Of a stretch of 64,000 bases of DNA, positions 1 through 13,137 are shown piece by piece (within the stretch, counting starts at the first letter, position 1; the number at the start of each line of letters is the position of its first letter). The stretch is from positions 9,238,001 to 9,302,000 of the forward strand of contig CM102290.1 of assembly GCA_046563655.1 (NCBI GenBank), read 5' to 3'. Source of the DNA: Yuukianura sp. NJ FZ-2021 (Eukaryota). The translations under genes and the position numbers were made by a program. Under the pieces are notes generated by a model that searched no databases, was not told the DNA's origin, and saw nothing but the letters and a program-made list of their open reading frames with translations.

Positions 1-1008
1 TCTCGAGTCAAAAAGCGAGAAATCCGTGCCGGAGATGAGCTGGACATTAAGTTTGAACATGGAGGACGAACGCTGCCGATGGTCGGTGGCTATATGGGGG
101 GCACGAATGCACACGACTGGGTGTGGCTTGGCCGGACGTCGCTGGCGCTTCATCCGTCGTTGGACAGTCGCAAGCACTTGAGTCATCATCAGTCATCAAA
201 ATCCGTTAGTTTTGAGTCAAACGGAAACGTTCGAATCACGCCGAATCCAAATTATGAAAATCACCTAAGAGCAGTTGGGGGCACAGGACTTGGTTCAAAT
301 TATCAGTACGCTGGTCGCAATGACCTTGAATCAGCTCGACTCATGAATCGAGGAAGCGGAGCCACCCCGGGGGGAAGTCACCACCAAGTCATCACAACTC
401 CAGGAAGTCAGTTACCCCCGAGGCTACCAAAACCCACTTCCCTCCCTACGTCTCAAGCTGCTCCAATTGACACTACCACTTTTTCAAAAGGGGGTGGGGG
501 TGGTAGCAGACCATCTTCGGACAGCCCACCGGATGCTCCACCAGACTACAGGCCTCCAGTCCCCCCTCACAGAAACATTAAGGCCCCTCAGGGTCTGTCT
601 TCCCCCTCAGCCCCACCCCCAGTTCCTACCTCCTCCCCTCCAAGGTCAGCTACGAACAGTACAAAAAGCACATCCTCATCCAATCACCTTCGTCATCTTG
701 TAAACGGGAGTCGGAATGACTCGGGTCCAGAATCATATGACTATGATAACGACTCGTCGTCACGACCACGACTCCGAGAAGAACCGAAAGGAATCAACCT
801 CGCTCGCAATCCCATGTGCTACATTGACGAAGAAGTTGAAGACGATTTCCGAGAAGAAATTCGACGGTCAGAACCGTTGACCGTCGCAGCGGCAGCAGCG
901 GTCAAGCGACACCGTGTCAAACCACATGCTACAGACAATGTCAAGTTGAACATGGACTACGATCAGCTAATGGAGTACTTTGACAGCCTCAAGGAAACGG
1001 AGGCTTAA
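1..1008 (+). CDS. TMEM132: 3' terminal exon of a TMEM132-family (Drosophila detonator-like) membrane protein, cytoplasmic tail; 5' part lies outside the window
   Basis: Frame 1 is open from base 1 to TAA at 1006-1008. It contains NAHDWVWLG (recalled TMEM132 HxHDWVWLG cytoplasmic motif), an RVxF-like KSVSF, and the C-terminal helix MDYDQLMEYFDSLKETEA. Confidence 0.7.
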   Translation, partial: SRVKKREIRAGDELDIKFEHGGRTLPMVGGYMGGTNAHDWVWLGRTSLALHPSLDSRKHLSHHQSSKSVSFESNGNVRITPNPNYENHLRAVGGTGLGSNYQYAGRNDLESARLMNRGSGATPGGSHHQVITTPGSQLPPRLPKPTSLPTSQAAPIDTTTFSKGGGGGSRPSSDSPPDAPPDYRPPVPPHRNIKAPQGLSSPSAPPPVPTSSPPRSATNSTKSTSSSNHLRHLVNGSRNDSGPESYDYDNDSSSRPRLREEPKGINLARNPMCYIDEEVEDDFREEIRRSEPLTVAAAAAVKRHRVKPHATDNVKLNMDYDQLMEYFDSLKETEA

Positions 1009-3405
1009 GGTCATGACCATGACCTCGGTCAATTAAGGTCATGCAATGACTCCTCCCCCGGGGTCTTTAACCACCGACCTTGTCAACAGTATCCACATTC
1101 CAGTCACTTCACGCAAACAATCATACTGAATGAGCACATGTTACGTTTCTGCACATAATTATATGGGTACAACAGTTAGAACATTCCCGGTAACACGTTA
1201 ACCTCTGGCGCCAAAACGTTATACCGCCGTAAACTTCAACGTAGCGTTTAATGTTACACTGTATCGCCCGCCAATGTTCAAATTATTAAACATAATCTCA
1301 GCAGCAGCAGCTCTCTCTGGCGGAACTATTTAAAAAAATTTAAACAGGGAAAAATAAGCTTTACTTTTGGTTAATTATTAAAATTACTAGGTTTTCTAAA
1401 TGTGTCTAAAATTCTAAAGCTAGAAACAATTTGAAAATGTGGCGCCTTGCTTGAAGTTCATCTCTTGATTATCGTTTTGAAAAAAAAACTTGTTTTGAAG
1501 GGAAGGTTTGAGCGAGAATTAATGCTGAAAACGTACGGAATCCTTGAATGATACCTGACAAATTGAAAATTCGAAATTAAGTTTTGACTGCCAAAATTTA
1601 TTTAAAACAAAAAACTTAAAATTAAAAATTTAATAGCCTTTGTGTTTTCCAAATTTCGAGTTTTGGAATTTGTTCAGGTGTAGTTGTACAACCTTACGCG
1701 CTTGAGCACATAGCTGTGCGTTTATGTTCTATAATCAATCAATCAAAAAATCAATCAACTGATTGATTATGTTTTATAAAAATTGTTTTTTTGTAGACAA
1801 AACTTCTTTTTTTTATAAAGTTTTTTTTTCTTAAATTAAATCGAAAAGCACTGAGGAGGTGCTAAAAAAAGTTTTCTTTGAAACACATTTTTTGAATCCC
1901 TTTCACAAATCACATTCATAATCAACTAATTAAAAACTATTTAAAACTTTTAAGAATTAAAAAAAAGTTGTAGAACTATGAACTTTGGATTTTTAAGGTC
2001 GAAGTTAGCAAAACTAAAAAGAGTCGACCTTCGACTAGGCTTGTTTTAAAAAACATGAAGGTCAACTGTCGTACCGGAAACTTGCATTCAATTAACGTAA
2101 ATAATCATCCGTAAGCCTAATTTAAAAAAAAGTTAGCAGTAGTGGTAGCGGTGGTAAATAATAGTGACTTGTAGCATTAGGTAAGCTGGGAAAAGGTAAC
2201 TCACCTTTGACATTTTGTAGCTCCCGTAGAGGTCAACAGGTCAAGTTTAAGAAATTAGAGAAGGACAAGTTGTGTTTTACTAAAACGTAGTTTAGCAGGT
2301 TTAAGTTAAATTAATTAGTATTTGAAATCATGAATCTCTGGATGAGCAATAATGGAAGTGAGATGCGCAGAACCTCAAAAAAAAGTAACTAACATCACAC
2401 TGGTTTGAAGTTTTTAAAAACAAAAATTGTATCGATTAACATCGATTAATAACACCTCCACACAACAACAATCTTGTAAATAATGGCAATGGATAAGCGT
2501 GACTGAAGGATAGCATCTTTTGTGTATTATCGTCTTTGTTTCTTTGTTAAAAATTCGAAAAATTTCTGTTTTTTTGAAAATTGATTCAAAACTTTGAAAA
2601 CCTTTAACTTTGACTGAATGTGTTTTTTAAATTGGATTAATTAATGTTTAACTAAAAGAAAATGAAAAGTTATAAACAAGAATATTTTTTTGCTGGAAAA
2701 TCCTTGTAAATTTTAAGCAATATTTAACCTCAAATTTTGTGTTTCAAAATAATTTTGTGAAACGGTGTGCCATTGTGTTTTGACACTTTTTTGTTCCTAG
2801 TCAAATCAAAAACTTTTAAGTAACGAATAAAATATATTAAATTATTGATTAATTATATTAATAAATTGTTTAAGGAAATGAAAAGGTATTTGTGAATGTA
2901 AACACACTTGTTCTCTTTACATGTTAAACAATTATGAGGAATAACCTCCCTCTTCAAATCATGTGCTTAAAATAATTTGGAAAAAGTTAAAAATAAAAAG
3001 GCTGAGATGTTCAGAAACAAAACAATTTCCGATTTTCTTTGCAAAAAACTTAAACTTTACTTTTACTCAAAAAATGTTCACAAAATTGTTGTTACAGATT
3101 TCTTTTGATCCCCGTCAAACATTTCTCCAGCACAATATTCTCTCAATTGCAGTACATTTAGGTGGGAGTTACGCTCTCTTTTCACGTAGATATTTCACAA
3201 AATGGAGATTTATGTGGGGCGATATACTGGCATGAACCAGATGAGAGACTATGACGCTGGCCATGGCAGTAATTGCGGAACTTCTGGGAAATAGTATCCT
3301 CCAGTCAATTACCTCCGAGATAACATGATGACGGCAAATCTGGAACTATGGAGATAGGTTAAAGTTAATTAATGACTATAGCCGAGAACCAAGTTTGTCC
3401 CATAC

Positions 3406-4434
3406 CTAAACGTGTTTGAAGAACCACTTTCTGTCGTAAGGTGAAATCCAATTTGAGCAACCGGACATGTTGTTTTTAATACAATACTCCGCTGTGTATG
3501 GATTCATATTACTTGCAGCGAGTTGTTTCTCCAGGTCCGCATCCTTCTGCATCTGCTCATGACTCGTAAAAATTGCTTTGAACGGTAAAATTAGAATGAT
3601 TGAGCGAAGCAGTGGTTTCAGCTCTTCAAATTCACAGTTCCCTCCAATTTCAACAATTACACGACCGCTTTTAATTGGGGTAACGTAGTGATCAATTGCT
3701 GGTTTCCCACCTCCCATTCTTTTACCTTGACTCTAGAATATGAAGCGGAGGTGGCAATGAGACTATCAAAGAATTGGATGATGAATGGTAAATTGATGAT
3801 CTGATGTACCTTTTTAGTAACTGGCTGCCAGGGAGGATCAACACGCCAAACAGCAAACATCCGTGAAGTGTCCAACCTTCTACCGAGTGTCATACGGAGC
3901 ATTTCAAAGTGTCCAAATCGAAGGCGTCCAGGTGACTTTGCCTAAATAAACACACAAAGAAAGGGAATTCAGTACAATGTTCTGATATGAACAAAACTTG
4001 TGTAAGAAACCTACGACAATCCCGTACTGCTCATGAACAAACGAATGATGAACTAGTTCTGGACCACGACTGAGAATCAGTTTCCTTTGCATATGTGGAA
4101 TAGGAATTCCCGGTGGATATGTCGGCACCTTATCCACAAATTTAAGTTTTCTTCTCTCTGGATACTCCACATCTATACAAAGCATAATCATTAACAATGA
4201 CGGTGCCAACATTAAACAGTCTTAAATTATAAACAAGAATTAAGACTTACTGTCATATTCTGGCGGTGTTGGCCAATTTCTGATGTGTCTAACTGAACCC
4301 TGAGATGCTATCAGCATAGAGAGGTCATCGTCCCTGCGTAAGGTCCCAGTGACATCGGGGTTCAGTTGTGGATACATCCGAAACAGTCGAAGACACAAAA
4401 TCGGTACTCGACGGAAAGGTAGATGAAGAGTCAT
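3406..4434 (-). CDS. MRPL16: Mitochondrial ribosomal protein L16 (uL16m); exons 4434-4251, 4172-4015, 3941-3810, 3732-3406
   Basis: GT-AG introns join in frame to give ...[84 protein letters not shown]. The exact start ATG is uncertain. Confidence 0.95.
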
Positions 4435-4887
4435 CGCGATCGCGACGAATAGCGATTGGTTCAGCCCGTCCGACCCTCGCTCTCACCCTTCCAAATAAGT
4501 TATTTTATACGGATGTTAAAAATTAATTATTGTAGTTAACAATTTAAAAAAATTCGAGTAACCAGTTTACAGCGTAAATAACTTGGAGTTAACTTTAGTA
4601 GGTATGACTTTCTCCTAGTTTGCCTAGTCAAAAAGTTTTAAGTTACCAGAGGCGTCGTTCCTCCAGTGAGGGAAGTGATGCAAATACAGAGATGGGCAAA
4701 AATTTTAGAATTAAATTGAACTAAAATCAATCACAAGTGGTACATAATTTAAATTAAAATGAATTAAATTAAATTTAAATTAAAACTAAATTATATAAAT
4801 ATCAAGTGGAATTAAAGAATATTGAAAAATCAGATTGTATTAAAATAAACCACTCGAAGACAAGGCGAAAAACACAAGAAGTGTTCT

Positions 4888-5042
4888 GGGAACGAAGTCC
4901 ATTTGGAAACGCAATAAATTTGGAAACGAGCTGAATTTTGAAACGAAATGAATTTTGAAACGAAGTGAATCTGAAAACGAAGTAAATTTGGAAACGAAGC
5001 GAATTTGGAAACGAAGTAAATTTGAAAACGAAGTGAATTTGG
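4888..5042. repeat. 17-bp minisatellite (GGAAACGAAGTAAATTT-like), about 9 imperfect copies
   Basis: GAAACG recurs with a 17-bp period (e.g. 4923, 4940). Confidence 0.9.
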
Positions 5043-5047
5043 AGAAG

Positions 5048-5172
5048 AAATTCTACCCGTCGGGTGAATTTATACCCGTCCGGTAGAATTTTTACCCGTC
5101 GGGTAAAATTTTTCCCCGTCGGGTAAAATTTTTCCCCGTCGGGTAGAATTTTTACCCGTGGGGTAGAATTTT
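5048..5172. repeat. 20-bp self-palindromic minisatellite (ACCCGTCGGGTAAAATTTTT), about 6 copies
   Basis: CCCGTC recurs with a 19-20-bp period; directly abuts the 17-bp array. Confidence 0.9.
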
Positions 5173-8100
5173 TAAATATTTTTAAAAAGAAGTAACTTTT
5201 TCCTTTGGATTTTTTTTTTGTTGCGGCTAATAGTTCGAAAGGTGTCACTAATCAGGCTCGTATACACCATAGTCACAGATGACTGTGACGTCGCTACTAC
5301 ACCAATGGATACACTACACAGCAATAGACTTGCATGGAGTGTCAGTAGCGGTACCACTAGCGCTACCAACACTCCGTGCAAGTCTGTTGTCCACCGAGCA
5401 TTTGGACCACCCACCGCTGCTGCTAACTAAAAAATATTTTTTTAAAGAACTTTTTTTTAGATATAAAAAAATATTTCTAATTTTGAAAAATATTTTAAGT
5501 ACAAAAATTATTTTTTAAATACAAAAAAAAAATTCAAAACTTTTTTTTTGTATTGTTATTTTAAGGAAAAAATATTTAATTATAAGATAAAAATAATTAA
5601 TAGTGAAAGTCGTTATTGCCCCTCCATAAATATGGAATTCTGAAATGAAATTCTGACTATGATTGTTGAACGGATCTGGGGCTAAACCCCAGCAAGAATG
5701 CGTAGCATTCTGGTAAGGTCTGAAAAGTTTAAACTAGTATTAGGCCAAACCATCAACATGTTGTTTTCCTTTCTGAAATTACTGGACTACATCCTAACTT
5801 TAGTTGCTTGAGTCAGCACTTCTCGTCCATTGTTCTCCTTTAATCTTCAGTGCAAATTAGTGAATTCAGTCGAATTGATGGAGTATATTACATTCTTCTG
5901 AATCATAATTAATCCCACTACATGCTATTATTATATGTTTGTTTAAATAATTCGGTCATTCACTGCCGAGCTGATACTCAACGCAAATCCAGAAGCCAAC
6001 AACAGTATTTAGCACCCCCCATGAATTGACCTTTTGCTTACCCAAGCGGTAGTAAGAGGGAAGCGCTGAGTCAGGGCCTGGCAGTTCCAGCTTCAAAAGT
6101 CAACATAGGCTTCATGACTCATGAGGTTAGCGACTTCCCATCAGTTAAAAAATTATTAGAACTATTTTCCAAGCAAACGGCTTCTAGAAATATAACTACG
6201 ATTGCAATTAGATTTGACCAACTTCCATTGAATGACTGAAAAGTGGAGTGACTACTCTGAAGCCTAGTGCTTTTTGTGGTAGGCGTGGCTTGGGGAGTTG
6301 CTTTCTCCATTTCTGGATAAAGGTGGGTCCTGGAAGGGAGTGAAAGTAATTCAATATGGAGCTCGTTAGACTAACAAGGTGAAAGTGATCTCTGCCCTTA
6401 CATTGTCCCAGGGACCAAAGTGGAACAAAAAGAAGCTTTCAAGAAGCAATTTAGGCCAATTAGCTACTATAAGTATTACAAAAAACTGAAGTTAAAAAAC
6501 AGAAAAAAAGATAAAAGTTGAAAGTAACATTTCAATCTTCACTTTCTCCCCTGCGTCATTTAAGAGATCCCTTTCAACTTTCAACAGAAAGGGTTGAAGG
6601 CACATAATACTTCGAAACAAGAAAGACAGATCTTCTCAGATACAACACATGCGCAATTTTTTGGATTTGTTTCACATGTTTGCAATGTGATGAATATTCT
6701 TAAAATTCTGTTACTTTTGTGAAAACGTTCTGTGAAAGGCAAACCGTTGAGTTATTTTGTGAAACATTTTGCAAAAAAAAGAAGTTGCAAAAGAGCGTTT
6801 TGACAACTAATGTGTGCTCCAGGGTTTCTGCAATCAATCTTGTAAATGCCTCCTCGTTCCCACTGACATTTTGAAATTGATAATGGATTTGATCTTTAGG
6901 ATCCAGAAAATGCCTGAATCTGGCTCCGAATACCGATTCGTAGTGTTTGGTGAACGTGACATTTTGTTGGTGTTGTTGTTGAGTAGGGTCTCTTCGAGTT
7001 CTTTGCCTGGTTTTTGTTTTATTTAGGGCTGTTGGTTGTCTGTTTATTATTTCCATTAGGGAGCTCCTTGTTTTATCAACACACTCATTAGACACCAAGT
7101 TCAAACTTTTTCTTTTTCGGAAGACAGCGATTTCGGAACAACCGAACCACGCGCCTCTGACGACACCAACATCTCAACAACCAATTTGTCAGGACACAAA
7201 GGCAGTTAGCTACCCGGATTCCGGATTATTTTGGACGGAGAGCCAAATGGAGCCAAACGAAAATATTCGGAGATGCACTTTGAGGAATTAGCAAACATTT
7301 TCGTTTTCTATCTTTTTTTTTAGGATATTCTTATCGCAATTGAGTTTATTCCAATATTTGCTTGATTTTGTTTAGTGATTGAAGTGAAAGTAATGTGTGA
7401 ATTTTGTGAATTGATTCTTAAGTGGAGTAGGTTCAGTAAGCATCGGGAGGTTTTTGAATGTGGCCCTATGTTGAGTAAACAATCCTGTCACAACACTTCC
7501 TCATAAAAGCCTCAAACATCACTTCTTCCCATAATTTACTCAATTTCAAAACAAAACATTTTCTTGACATTTTGAAACAGGAACCAAAAGCCGACTAACA
7601 CTCAAAAAACAAATAGTAAACAACATTTTCACGCACGTTAACCTTTAACACGCCAGAGTATATTTCCCCTTTTAGTTAAACGTTACACTGCCATTTTCGT
7701 AGTTTACGGTTATAGATGTTATGTTCTTCGAATATATTTTTGAACTTCAAAATTAATACAGATTCTTTTTGAAATTTTGAAATCTTTCTGAAATTTAAAA
7801 TCATTGAGGTTGGGCTGGAATATAGAAAATAAAGGGTCAACTAGGAAAAAGAAGAGCTCACTTGGAGTCTGAATATTGTACAAGTTGCTAACTTCAAAAC
7901 TAATCAAAAAATTTAAATTCACAAATCTTTTTTGCAGTTTTAAAAACTGTAGGTTATGTTTTAGCACAAATTTAAGAATAAAGTAGGAAACACGGGATCA
8001 AAGGTCAACTAGAGGCTACGTCGTGCTGTAAATGTAATCGGGAGGCCCTTAGCTCGGTCGGAGGGAGGAGATGCTTGGAATCTTTTAAGAGGGGTCCTTA

Positions 8101-8608
8101 GAGGGTGTCACGGGGGCCCTTAAAGGGTGTCACGAGGGACCCTTGTCACATCTTGGAAGTGTCTTAGGACTTATGACGGACAGGCAGCAGCTGCCAATGG
8201 TTTTAGTGGAGCAAAGGAAGGAATAAATCCCACTCACAGGTGGATTAGCACAAATTCATGAGGACAGCACACTGTCAGCGCTGAATTAATGGCCACCATC
8301 TTCAGCCAAGAATTCCTAGGCCCAGCATCCCAACTACTCAATATAGTACTACTCACTTACTACTACATGTTAGTCACTACGAAAAGTCATGGAGACATAG
8401 CCGTTCCATGGACTCAGCTACTGCTAAAGAGCGTGTTGTCATGACACTCATCCCAAAGTCACACAACATTCCCCAATCCAACTGTGGAATTTTGGAAAGC
8501 AGTTCCCATTCCTATCATTTCCTTCTCTTCGATGTATTCTCCGAATTCTAATTTTGATCAAAATAATCCAACTTGCTTAAAAGAAGAAAAAAAAACTCTT
8601 ATGTAACT

Positions 8609-8938
8609 TATTCTCCCAAACTTCAGTTTCTGAAATTCCGTATATTTTCTCCCAAACTTCAGTTTCTGAAATTCCGTATATTTTCTCCCAAACTTCAGTT
8701 TCTGAAATTCCGTATATTTTCTCCCAAACTTCAGTTTCTGAAATTCCGTATATTTTCTCCCAAACTTCAGTTTCTGAAATTCCGTATATTTTCTCCCAAA
8801 CTTCAGTTTCTGAAATTCCGTATATTTTCTCCCAAACTTCAGTTTCTGAAATTCCGTATATTTTCTCCCAAACTTCAGTTTCTGAAATTCCGTATATTTT
8901 CTCCCAAACTTCAGTTTCTGAAATTCCGTATATTTTCG
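8609..8938. repeat. 36-bp perfect minisatellite (TATTTTCTCCCAAACTTCAGTTTCTGAAATTCCGTA), 9 copies
   Basis: Directly visible; it produces the 9 x 12-aa repeats in the ORF track on both strands. Confidence 0.97.
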
Positions 8939-9578
8939 GAGATCCTTGTGGAAAAGTTTAAACGGTTTATAAGCCGAAGTGGAATTGAGTACTGACGTTT
9001 TAATTTTTAGCAAAATAGCATGGCGTGTTCCGTGAGGAATGAATGGAACTCAAGAACGCATAATGTACGCACTCTGTTGACCTCTGCCCTCTTGCTCTAA
9101 TAATCCTTGTTGAGAAAGTTGCAAGCCAAGCTAAAAAGGCCAATGAGAAATGGAACAGCTAGAAAAAAATCTTTAGTGAGATTAATGATTATGACGCTAT
9201 TAAGAACCTAAAATCCTTCAAATTTATTTACTGTAACTTTTAAACGATAACAATTAGATGGAATACAAATTAATGTGTTAATTAGCCATTACTTTCTCCT
9301 TAACTTTCCTACAACTTGATCATTCTTGCAGTTAAAAAGATACACTGCCTTCATCTTACTACATATTTGAAGAAACTATGTTTTTACAATTCCGAACTTT
9401 GATGTTTGCCAATTCCGGCTTTTCATTTGGCTTAGTATTAGAACAGGAAACAATTTTTTCGGTTTTTCTCTATCCCTGAGTGCTTTGTCGTATAACCAGT
9501 TCTAAGGTTTTCTATAAAGTAAGTATATGTTCTGGATATTTAGAATAGCGTAACTTACAGTTAACTTTGGTATTGTTT

Positions 9579-11786
9579 TCAAATGAACTGTCTGACATGG
9601 AGGGGGTCAGAGGTGGTGGGGCTCCTGGAGTGGTTTCCCCAGTAGTTGCTATGGTGATAGTGGAGCGGAGTGGACCCTGGACCATAGAAACCAAGCTGCG
9701 CATGTCCGCCGCCCCCATAGGGACTAGTCTGGAAATGGCCCTGGAACTGTATCGAATCAACAAATTAACGATCTGTAGTTTAGCTTTCATTCGTCATTTT
9801 TTCCTACTCAGCATAATCTTTTATTCTAAATATAAGAACACTGACGCCTCATTTAAAACAAAAACTAATTCTAATAGCAAAAATAGCAAAATACTTCCTT
9901 GCAAAAAATAACACTTAACAACATGGACCTCAAGTCACACACTTTTGAATTTGTAAAGGATTACTACACAACTTAAGTACTGAAGGTGAATCTCAAGGTG
10001 ATGGATTCAAAATAGTGTTAGAAATCTCAAATTAAATGGGAACTCAACCTAACACTTTTCATACATTTTCTCAAAGTATAAAGAGCCAGAGAAAGTGTAC
10101 GTTCAAAATAAAGCACATTCGTACCTGAGACGTAATCTGTGCATAAGGTGAAATTTCCTGAGTTTGGCGGCTGTTGTGTGCGGCATATGTGAACTGACTT
10201 TCACCGACGCTCCATCCACCGCTTCTATTTCAACATAATTTTACATTAGCACTAATGAAACATAGGAATTTGCTCTTCTAGGCTCTACGCTCTTTTATAT
10301 TGAATATTATATAATAATAATTCGAAGTTATGTTTGCTTACCCATGGTGTGCATATGGGTTGCCAGATCCGAAAGCCTTTCCAAACTGCTCCGGAAGAAA
10401 GTTTTTAGTAAATGGCGGCGTCCGGTACTGTCGCGTCTTCATCCTTTTTCGTCGCCGATAATTTCCATGTTCAAACATTTCGCCACAATCGGGTGCTAGA
10501 AAAAGAATCGACAATTTTTTTAAACTTTTGCTGGTGAATTTCTAATTTAACTAAAAAATTAGAATACAATTGAAATAAATAAACCCAAAATTTTATTTAA
10601 GTTCAAGTTTGTTAACAATATTAGTAATACAAATTGTTTTCAAAAAATCAGTTTAAACAACTTCAATATTTTCCCCGCTTCTGGTTTATCATGATCCATA
10701 ACTTTTTGTCCTAAAAACTTTGTTCTGTATTTTCATGTAACGTCTGTTTCTTTTGGCGTTGTTTTTTGAATCTTTGTTCTTTCTTTGTCTCCCTAATAAC
10801 CCTGGTTTTTTTTTCTACAGAAGTTGGTCCATAGAACTCCTTGGAAGTGTCTGGAGAGTGTCAAAGAGGACTTTAAAGTTCAACTTTTTGGAGAAAACTA
10901 AGTCAAGCCTAGGTTCGTTGCCTAAGTCCAAAGTCATGTTCATCCTCATGTTCTGAAATCAATCCCTCATCCCCCGAGAAAGAAACGGAGTCTCAAAAGT
11001 ATTTAGTTCTCCTAAATTAATTGAGAAGAAACAGAAAAAGAAAGGGATTCCGGCCGTGAAACATTTTGAAACAAAACCTACCCCACCAATTTTCAAAGAA
11101 ACTCAACCCCTGCCCTGACCTCCCGCCTTCCAAAACTACTTAAGGCTAACATGCATTTCCTGACCCTGAGCAGGATGCGCAAATTCCAGAAGATTTCCTT
11201 ACCAATGGTCCAGTAGTTTCCTTTGGTGGCTCCTCCACCCTCCCGGGGTACCTTGAGAAAGCATTCGTTGAGAGACAGGTTATGCCTTATTGAATTTTGC
11301 CACCCCTTTTTATTCCCATTTTCAAAATATGGAAATCTTCGAGTGATGAAGGCGTAGATTTCAGCTAGGGTGGCTCTTGCATTTGGACTTTCTTTGATTG
11401 CCATGGTGATGAGAGCCACGTAGGAATACGGTGGCTTTGAATCCGACTTTCCACTACCATCCCCATCCCCACTGAGGTCCAGCGACGCAGTTTCCACAAC
11501 ATTTTTACGAACTCCGACTTCTTCCAGATAGAACTCTAGAAGAAAGATTTTTTTTTTAAATATGGATTTTCTAATAATGTCCAGTTTTTTTATACTCCTA
11601 AACTTTGATAAAGTAGAGGAAAAGTTATCAAAGTTTACATTATTCAAAATCCTATTTTTTAAAAATATTTTTTAAGAACATATTACGCGTGTTATTAGTT
11701 GGATGATGGGCTTGTGCGTCTTCTCTGGCCGATTGTTGCGTAGTCGACGTAGGTCTAACAGACGCCGAGTTGAAACAGTTCTTCAT
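9579..11786 (-). CDS. FoxL2: Forkhead box L2 transcription factor; exons ~11786-11687 (tentative), 11535-11203, 10495-10342, 10224-10125, 9746-9579
   Basis: Forkhead domain [71 protein letters not shown] carries the FoxL2 signatures (NKKGWQ, PREGGG, MFExGNYRRR). Downstream exons splice in frame to ...[17 protein letters not shown]. The first exon is inferred only. Confidence 0.9.
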
Positions 11787-13137
11787 TGCAGAATACAATT
11801 AACACCTCACTTGTCCAACTAAGGTTGACTAACTTAATCCGTTGAATTTATTAGTCGATGAAGTGAATTATCAGTGTAACGTGAAGATGCGTTGCAGAAT
11901 CGGGAGCTCACTTGCAGTCACCGTTCCGTGTCACTGACTCTGTCTGACTTGCTTTGAACAAGATGTTTAAGAGATGCTTCGGAGTGGGAGTTGCTGTTTG
12001 ATCTGGGCGGCGGAGCTTCGAATCTCATTGTCTCCGCCTCTATCTAATGACTTGATCGAGTCCCTTGTCATTCGCAGTGCCCTCAACCTACAAATTCACA
12101 GTGACAAGAGGGAAAGTACAGAAGGCTCAAGTAGGAAATGAATGTTTTCAATAAAAAATGGGAGATGCGACTAACCTTAACTGATTGCATCTTTCGAGAA
12201 GGGTGACGCTTTCACGGTGTAACCAACTAAGACTAAATGCTCATCTCTCATCAAGTCAATTCCGGAGTTCCACATTTTTCGGGAGAATTGTTGACGGCGA
12301 ACTTGGGCATCATGTCGACGATTTGAACATTTCATCAGAGATAAATCTAGGCGACGATTGCAATCGGTGGGGTTAAAAAGGATTTGTGGAAAGCAATGAT
12401 TTTTAAATGTGGGCTAATTTCAACTTTACAGTGCTTTAAACGTTACAATTTAGCTTCTAAATTTGCTTTTAATACCAAAGAAATCAAAAACTATTTTGGA
12501 AATTTTTGTTACCTTGTGTCAACTAAAATTTGTTCTGAAAAGTGTGTTACTGCCCGCTAAACTATTATCTCAGTGACTTGTCATCAATTTGACGATCTGA
12601 ATGTTTGAGGTTTCAATTTATAACAGTCGTTTTTATTTACTGAAATGAACGTGAGCATGGGATGCGGCAGTTTGCGTATTTGCTAAATGTGATTTTGGTG
12701 GTCTTAAAATTAAAACAAGTAATTTAAAAAAATCATTGTCCCTAAAAATTTATTTAAAAAGACGAACATTCTTTACATGTATTGACTACCACTTTGGAGG
12801 ATACAAAAATTGCATGTAGCGTCACATAACGCTCCGCTCTGAACTTTTTTCGCCCACACTATTTTGTACAGCTCTGATTACGAGTGAGCTCTCCCTGTAC
12901 AACTCCCGAGACCGACCGATCTCCGAATGCGCTGAAGGGCTCCCCGGTATTTTTGCTCCCTTTTGTCGTTCTAAAAAATTTTGAATTACATTTAAGAAAT
13001 TGATTTTCTATTTCCAAAGTAGATTGATTAATGGGTTAATGGTGCCTCCCGCATTTTAGACTACTTAACACACTTACCATTACATTCTCCAACTAAAAAT
13101 CACTCGTCAGTCGTCAGTTCGCTCCGCGGAGAAAGTG

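Noticed and set aside
4802..5248. 148-aa repetitive ORF
   Set aside because: Translation of the two minisatellites.
6700..7200. 134-aa minus-strand ORF with an RKR..LVSNEC segment vaguely like an insulin A chain
   Set aside because: Lacks the cysteine pattern, begins at TTG and has no recognisable homology.
8558..9013. 12-aa repeat proteins on both strands, or a CRISPR-like 36-bp repeat
   Set aside because: Perfect head-to-tail 36-bp minisatellite with no spacers; the ORFs are a by-product of a stop-free unit whose length is divisible by 3.
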